NCBI RefSeq assembly: GCF_009914755.1
Contig: NC_060948.1
DNA: 64,000 nt
Source: the human T2T-CHM13v2.0 reference genome, Homo sapiens
Direction: 5' to 3' (one strand)
Made by a program: the position numbers and the translations under genes. The stretch's first letter is position 1; every line of letters starts with the position of its first letter. The notes below the pieces were generated by a model. It had not been told where the DNA came from. It searched no databases and was given only the letters and a program-made list of their open reading frames with translations. Below are positions 57,182-64,000 of the stretch, one piece after another.

Positions 57182-60100
57182 AATGGAATGTACTCGAATG
57201 GATTCGACTGGAATGGAATGTTCTGGAAGTGAATGGACTCCAATGGAATGGATTCAAAAGGAATGGAATCGTACGGAATGGAATCTAATGGAATGGAATT
57301 AAATGGAAATGAATCAAATTGAATAGCACGGAATTGAATTGAATGGAATGGAATGCAATGGAATCTAATGAAACGGAAAGGAAAGGAATGGAATGGAATG
57401 GAATGGGCTGGAATGGAAAGGAATCGAAACGAATGGAATGGAATCGAAGTGAAGAGACTGGAATGGAATGCACTGGAATGGAAGGGAGTGTAATGGAAGG
57501 TTCTCGAAAAAAATGGAATCGAATGGAATGGAATTGAATGGAACGGAATAGAGTCGAATGGAATTGAATGGAATGGAATGGACTAGAGTGAAATGGAATC
57601 GAACCACAAGGAATGGACAGGAATAGAATGGTCTCGAATTGAATGGAATCGTATGGAATGGCATCAAACGGAATGGAATGGACAGCCACGGAATGGAATG
57701 CACTCGAATGCAATGGAGTCGAAACTAATGGACTGGAATAGAATGGACTCGACTGGTACGGACTCCAATGGAATGGAATCGAATGGAAGGGAATCGAACG
57801 GAATGGAATCGAACGGAATGGACTCGAAGGGAAAAGACTGCAATGGAAAGGTCTCGAATGGAATGGAAATTAATGGAATGGAATGGAATCGAATGAAATG
57901 GAGTCAAAAGGAATGGAATCGAATGGCAAGAAATCGAATGTAATGGAATCGCCAGGAATTGATGTGAACGGAACGGAATGGAATGGAATCCAAAGGAATG
58001 GAATAGAATGGAATGGAATCGAATGGAAAGGACTCGAATGGAAATCACTCGAATAGAATGCAATTTAATAAAATAGGATCAAATGTAATGGAATGGAATG
58101 GAAAGGAATCGAAACGAAAGGAATGGAGACAGATGGAATGGAATGGAACAGAGAGCAATGGTATAGAATGGAATGGAATCATCTGGAATGGAATTGAATG
58201 GAATGGAATAATATGAAATGGAATGGAATGGAATGGAATGGAATGCCCTTGAATTAAATGGACTGGAATGGAATGGACTCAAACAGAGTGGAATGGAAAG
58301 TGTGGAGATAGAATGGAATGAACTCCTTTGGAATGGTGTAGTATGCAATGCAATCGACTGGCAGGGAATCAAAAGGAATGTAATCGAATGGATTGGACTG
58401 GAATGCAATGGACTCGAATAGATTGGAAACGGAATGCAAAGGAATGGAATGGAATAGTATGGAATGCAATGGAAGGGAATGGAGTGGAATAGACTAGAGT
58501 GGAATGGAATGGACTGGAAAGCAATGGACTGGAATGGAACTTTCTTGGATGGACTGGAATCAAACGGAATGGAATGCAATGCAATCAAATGGCATGGAAT
58601 AAAATAGAATGAAAGAGAATCAAATGGAATTGAATCGAATGGAATCGAATGGATTGGAAAGGAATAGAATGGAATGGAATGGAATGGACTCAAATGGAAT
58701 GTACTAGAATGGAATGGATTCGAATGGAAGGCAAAGGAATGGAATCTATTGGAATGGACTGTAATGGAATGGAATGGAAGGGATTGGAATGGACTCGAAT
58801 GGAATGGACTGCAATAGAAAGGATTCGAATGGAATGAAAAAGAATTGAATGGAATAGAACAGAATGGAATCAAATCGAATGAAATGGAATGGAATAGAAA
58901 GGAATGGAATGAAATGGAATGGAAAGGATTCGAATGGAATGCAATCGAATGGAATGGAATCGAACGGAATGGAATAAAATGGAAGAAAACTGGCAAGAAA
59001 TGGAATCGAAATGAATGGAGTGTTATGGAACGGACTCAAAAGGAATTGAATGTAATAGAATGGAGTGGAGTGGACTCGAATATAATGGACTGGAATGGAA
59101 TGAAATCACATGGAATGGGAACGAATGGAATGGAATGGAAAGGAATGGAATCGAATGGAAAGGAATCGAATGGAAGGGAATGAAATTGAATCAACACGAA
59201 TGGAAGGGAATAGAATAGACTGTAATGGAATGGACTCGAATAGAATGGACACGAATGCTCAAATTAAATGGACTCGAATGGAATGGAAACGAAAGGAATG
59301 TCACCGAATGGAATTGAATCGATTGGAATGAAATCGCATAGAATGGAGTGGAATCAAATGGAATTGAATCGAAAGGAAAGGAAGCGAATGGACTGAAATG
59401 AAATGGAATGGAATTGAATGGAAAGTAATGCAATGGAATAGAATGGAACGAAATTTCACGGAATGGAATCAAACTGAATGGAATCAAATCAATGGAATCA
59501 AATCAAATGGAATGGAAAGGAATTGAATGGAGTAGATGGGATTGGATGGGATTGGAATGAAATGTACTGGAAAGGACTCGAATTTCATGAAACGGAATGG
59601 AATGAATTGGAACGGAATGGACTCAAATGGAATGGAATGTCATGGGATGGCATCAAATGGAATGACATCAAATGGAATGGAATCGAATGCAATGGAATGC
59701 TATGGAATGGAATGGAATGCATTGGAATGGAATGTCCGCTAATGGAATGGATTCGAGTGGAATGGAATCGAATATAATGGAGTCGAATGAAATGGAATTG
59801 AAAGGAATGGGATCGAATACAATGGAATATACTGGAATGTAACGTAATGAACTCGAATGTAATTGACTGGAATGGAATGTACATGAATGGAATGTAATCG
59901 AATGGAAAGTAATCCAATGGAATAGAATCTAATGCAATAAAATCGACTCAGATAGAGTAGAATGTAATGGAATGGAGTGCAGTGCAATGGAATGGAATGG
60001 AATGGAATGCAATGGAATGGAATGGAATGGAATGGAATGGAATGGAATGGAATGGAATGGGATGGAATGGTATGGAATGGATAGTAATGCACTGGAGTGA

Positions 60101-60765
60101 AATGGACTGGAAAGGAATGGACTCAAATTGACAGCGCTCGAAAGGAATGGAGTCAAATGGAATGGTCTGGAATGGAATGAACACGAATGTAATGCAACCC
60201 AATAGAATGGAATCGAATGGCATGGAATACAAAGAAATGGAATCGAAGAGAATGGAAAGAAATGGAATGGAATTGAATGGAATGGAATTGAATGGAATGG
60301 GAACGAATGGAGTGAAATTGTATGCAGTAGAAGAGAATAGAATGGAATGCAAGCGAAAGGAAAGGAATGGATTGGAATGGAATGGAATTCATTGGAATGG
60401 AAGGGAATGTAGTGTAATGGACAGGCCTGGAATAAAGTGGAATGCTACGGTCTCGAATGGAATAAAAATGTATGGAATGGAAGGCAATGAAACGGAATCG
60501 AATGTCATAGAATGTAATGGAATGCAAAAAAATGGAATCCAAAATCATTGACTGGAAAGGCTGGGTGTCGAAAGGAATTGACTCCAATGGAATGGAATCG
60601 AATGGAATGGAAGTGAATAGAATCGAACTAAATCGAATGGAATGGAATTGATAGGAACGGAATGGAAAGGAATGCAATGATTTGGCATGGAATGGAATCG
60701 AATGGCATCGAATGGAATGGAATGGAATGCAATGGAATGGAATGTATTAGAATGGAATGAACTTT
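57182..60765 (+). repeat. DYZ1 unit 17 (3584 bp; C-type proximal, B-like distal)
   Basis: Last C marker TCACCG at 59304; then GACATC (59665), CCGCT (59738) and AGCGCT (60133-60138); tract n=9. Confidence 0.9.
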
Positions 60766-63700
60766 AATGGAATGTACTCGAATGGATTCGACTGGAATGG
60801 AATGTTCTGGAAGTGAATGGACTCCAATGGAATGGATTCAAAAGGAATGGAATCGTACGGAATGGAATCTAATGGAATGGAATTAAATGGAAATGAATCA
60901 AATTGAATAGCACGGAATTGAATTGAATGGAATGGAATGCAATGGAATCTAATGAAACGGAAAGGAAAGGAATGGAATGGAATGGAATGGGCTGGAATGG
61001 AAAGGAATCGAAACGAATGGAATGGAATCGAACTGAAGAGACTGGAATGGAATGCACTGGAATGGAAGGGAGTGTAATGGAAGGTTCTCGAAAAAAATGG
61101 AATCGAATGGAATGGAATTGAATGGAACGGAATAGAGTCGAATGGAATTGAATGGAATGGAATGGACTAGAGTGAAATGGAATCGAACCACAAGGAATGG
61201 ACAGGAATAGAATGGTCTCGAATTGAATGGAATCGTATGGAATGGCATCAAACGGAATGGAATGGACAGCCACGGAATGGAATGCACTCGAATGCAATGG
61301 AGTCGAAACTAATGGACTGGAATAGAATGGACTCGACTGGTACGGACTCCAATGGAATGGAATCGAATGGAAGGGAATCGAACGGAATGGAATCGAACGG
61401 AATGGACTCGAAGGGAAAAGACTGCAATGGAAAGGTCTCGAATGGAATGGAAATTAATGGAATGGAATGGAATCGAATGAAATGGAGTCAAAAGGAATGG
61501 AATCGAATGGCAAGAAATCGAATGTAATGGAATCGCCAGGAATTGATGTGAACGGAACGGAATGGAATGGAATCCAAAGGAATGGAATAGAATGGAATGG
61601 AATCGAATGGAAAGGACTCGAATGGAAATCACTCGAATAGAATGCAATTTAATAAAATAGGATCAAATGTAATGGAATGGAATGGAAAGGAATCGAAACG
61701 AAAGGAATGGAGACAGATGGAATGGAATGGAACAGAGAGCAATGGTATAGAATGGAATGGAATCATCTGGAATGGAATTGAATGGAATGGAATAATATGA
61801 AATGGAATGGAATGGAATGGAATGGAATGCCCTTGAATTAAATGGACTGGAATGGAATGGACTCAAACAGAGTGGAATGGAAAGTGTGGAGATAGAATGG
61901 AATGAACTCCTTTGGAATGGTGTAGTATGCAATGCAATCGACTGGCAGGGAATCAAAAGGAATGTAATCGAATGGATTGGACTGGAATGCAATGGACTCG
62001 AATAGATTGGAAACGGAATGCAAAGGAATGGAATGGAATAGTATGGAATGCAATGGAAGGGAATGGAGTGGAATAGACTAGAGTGGAATGGAATGGACTG
62101 GAAAGCAATGGACTGGAATGGAACTTTCTTGGATGGACTGGAATCAAACGGAATGGAATGCAGTGCAATCAAATGGCATGGAATAAAATAGAATGAAAGA
62201 GAATCAAATGGAATTGAATCGAATGGAATCGAATGGATTGGAAAGGAATAGAATGGAATGGAATGGAATTGACTCAAATGGAATGGACTAGAATGGAATG
62301 GATTCGAATGGAAGGCAAAGGAATGGAATCTATTGGAATGGACTGTAATGGAATGGAATGGAAGGGATTGGAATGGACTCGAATGGAATGGACTGCAATA
62401 GAAAGGATTCGAATGGAATGAAAAAGAATTGAATGGAATAGAACAGAATGGAATCAAATCGAATGAAATGGAATGGAATAGAAAGGAATGGAATGAAATG
62501 GAATGGAAAGGATTCGAATGGAATGCAATCGAATGGAATGGAATCGAACGGAATGGAATAAAATGGAAGAAAACTGGCAAGAAATGGAATCGAAATGAAT
62601 GGAGTGTTATGGAACGGACTCAAAAGGAATTGAATGTAATAGAATGGAGTGGAGTGGACTCGAATATAATGGACTGGAATGGAATGAAATCACATGGAAT
62701 GGGAACGAATGGAATGGAATGGAAAGGAATGGAATCGAATGGAAAGGAATCGAATGGAAGGGAATGAAATTGAATCAACACGAATGGAAGGGAATAGAAT
62801 AGACTGTAATGGAATGGACTCGAATAGAATGGACACGAATGCTCAAATTAAATGGACTCGAATGGAATGGAAACGAAAGGAATGTCATCGAATGGAATTG
62901 AATCGATTGGAATGAAATCGCATAGAATGGAGTGGAATCAAATGGAATTGAATCGAAAGGAAAGGAAGCGAATGGACTGAAATGAAATGGAATGGAATTG
63001 AATGGAAAGTAATGCAATGGAATAGAATGGAACGAAATTTCACGGAATGGAATCAAACTGAATGGAATCAAATCAATGGAATCAAATCAAATGGAATGGA
63101 AAGGAATTGAATGGAGTAGATTGGATTGGATGGGATTGGAATGAAATGTACTGGAAAGGACTCGAATTTCATGAAACGGAATGGAATGAATTGGAACGGA
63201 ATGGACTCGAATGGAATGGAATGTCATGGGATGGCATCAAATGGAATGACATCAAATGGAATGGAATCGAATGCAATGGAATGCTATGGAATGGAATGGA
63301 ATGCATTGGAATGGAATGTCCTCTAATGGAATGGATTCGAGTGGAATGGAATTGAATATAATGGAGTCGAATGAAATGGAATTGAAAGGAATGGGATCGA
63401 ATACAATGGAATATACAGGAATGTAACGTAATGAACTCGAATGTAATTGACTGGAATGGAATGTACATGAATGGAATGTAATCGAATGGAAAGTAATCCA
63501 ATGGAATAGAATCTAATGCAATAAAATCGACTCAGATAGAGTAGAATGTAATGGAATGGAGTGCAGTGCAATGGAATGGAATGGAATGGAATGCAATGGA
63601 ATGGAATGGAATGGAATGGAATGGAATGGAATGGGATGGAATGGTATGGAATGGATAGTAATGGACTGGAGTGAAATGGACTGGAAAGGAATGGACTCAA

Positions 63701-64000
63701 ATTGAAAGGGCTCGAAAGGAATGGAGTCAAATGGAATGGTCTGGAATGGAATGAACACGAATGTAATGCAACCCAATAGAATGGAATCGAATGGCATGGA
63801 ATATAAAGAAATGGAATCGAAGAGAATGGAAACAAATGGAATGGAATTGAATGGAATGGAATTGAATGGAATGGGAACGAATGGAGTGAAATTGTATGCA
63901 GTAGAAGAGAATAGAATGGAATGCAAGCGAAAGGAAAGGAATGGATTGGAATGGAATGGAATTCATTGGAATGGAAGGGAATGTAGTGTAATGGACAGGC
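60766..64000 (+). repeat. DYZ1 unit 18 (partial, truncated by the window end at the HaeIII/StuI site)
   Basis: Same landmark order; EcoRI at 63959-63964; tract n=7. Confidence 0.9.

Larger units (their letters stand above)
1..64000 (+). repeat. Human satellite 3 array of DYZ1/HSat3A6 type (Yq12 heterochromatin); ~3.58-kb units built from diverged GGAAT pentamers, GGAAT strand on +
   Basis: Continuous (GGAAT)n with variants CGAAT/TGAAT/CAAAT/GGACT. Unique landmarks (e.g. GGCTGGGTGTCG, GGACAGGCCTGG, GACAGCCACG) recur every 3518-3594 bp. One EcoRI and one HaeIII site per unit, as in the classical DYZ1 '3.4-kb' male-specific fragment. Unit 15 is 3564 bp, the length I recall for the cloned DYZ1 unit. 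Confidence 0.96.

Noticed and set aside
104-63966. Hundreds of ORFs (MEWNG- and FHSIP-rich) in the six-frame track
   Set aside because: They are the translation of (GGAAT)n/(ATTCC)n, which has no stop codon in any frame. They overlap in all frames, are broken by frameshifting 5- and 10-bp indels between units, and resemble no protein family.
1-64000. CRISPR-like or telomeric array
   Set aside because: There is no constant repeat with unique spacers, no cas genes and no TTAGGG; the variant segments themselves repeat in every unit.
1-64000. DYZ2/HSat1B, Alu or L1 insertion, or an inversion within the array
   Set aside because: No AT-rich or Alu-like stretch and no switch to the CATTC strand was seen; all unit lengths are explained by small indels.
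1-64000. HSat2 or autosomal HSat3 (e.g. chromosome 9) origin
   Set aside because: The CATCATCGAATGG/CATTCGATTC pattern typical of HSat2 is not dominant; the ~3.58-kb period, single EcoRI/HaeIII sites and primer matches point to DYZ1.

Overview
The whole 64 kb is one uninterrupted, single-orientation tandem array of human satellite 3 (GGAAT/CATTC pentamer-derived) organised into a ~3.56-3.59 kb unit. This matches DYZ1 (HSat3A6) of the Yq12 heterochromatin: one EcoRI and one HaeIII/StuI site per unit, and matches to the DYZ1 sexing-primer sequences as I recall them. There are 17 complete units plus a partial 18th. Taking the window start as the unit origin, they begin at 1, 3519, 7072, 10620, 14194, 17778, 21372, 24966, 28560, 32129, 35718, 39307, 42876, 46460, 50044, 53608, 57182 and 60766. 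I found no genes, transposons, RNA genes, DYZ2 blocks or inversions; every ORF in the track is a translation artefact of the pentamer. I did not find a new gene system. What is notable is the array's internal history: a near-perfect triplication, a 10.75-kb three-unit duplication, mosaic units whose haplotype switches fall in the same sub-region, a hypervariable (GGAAT)n tract, recurrent 15-bp indels and more divergent units at the left edge. All unit comparisons were made by eye and from the ORF track, not by computed alignment.
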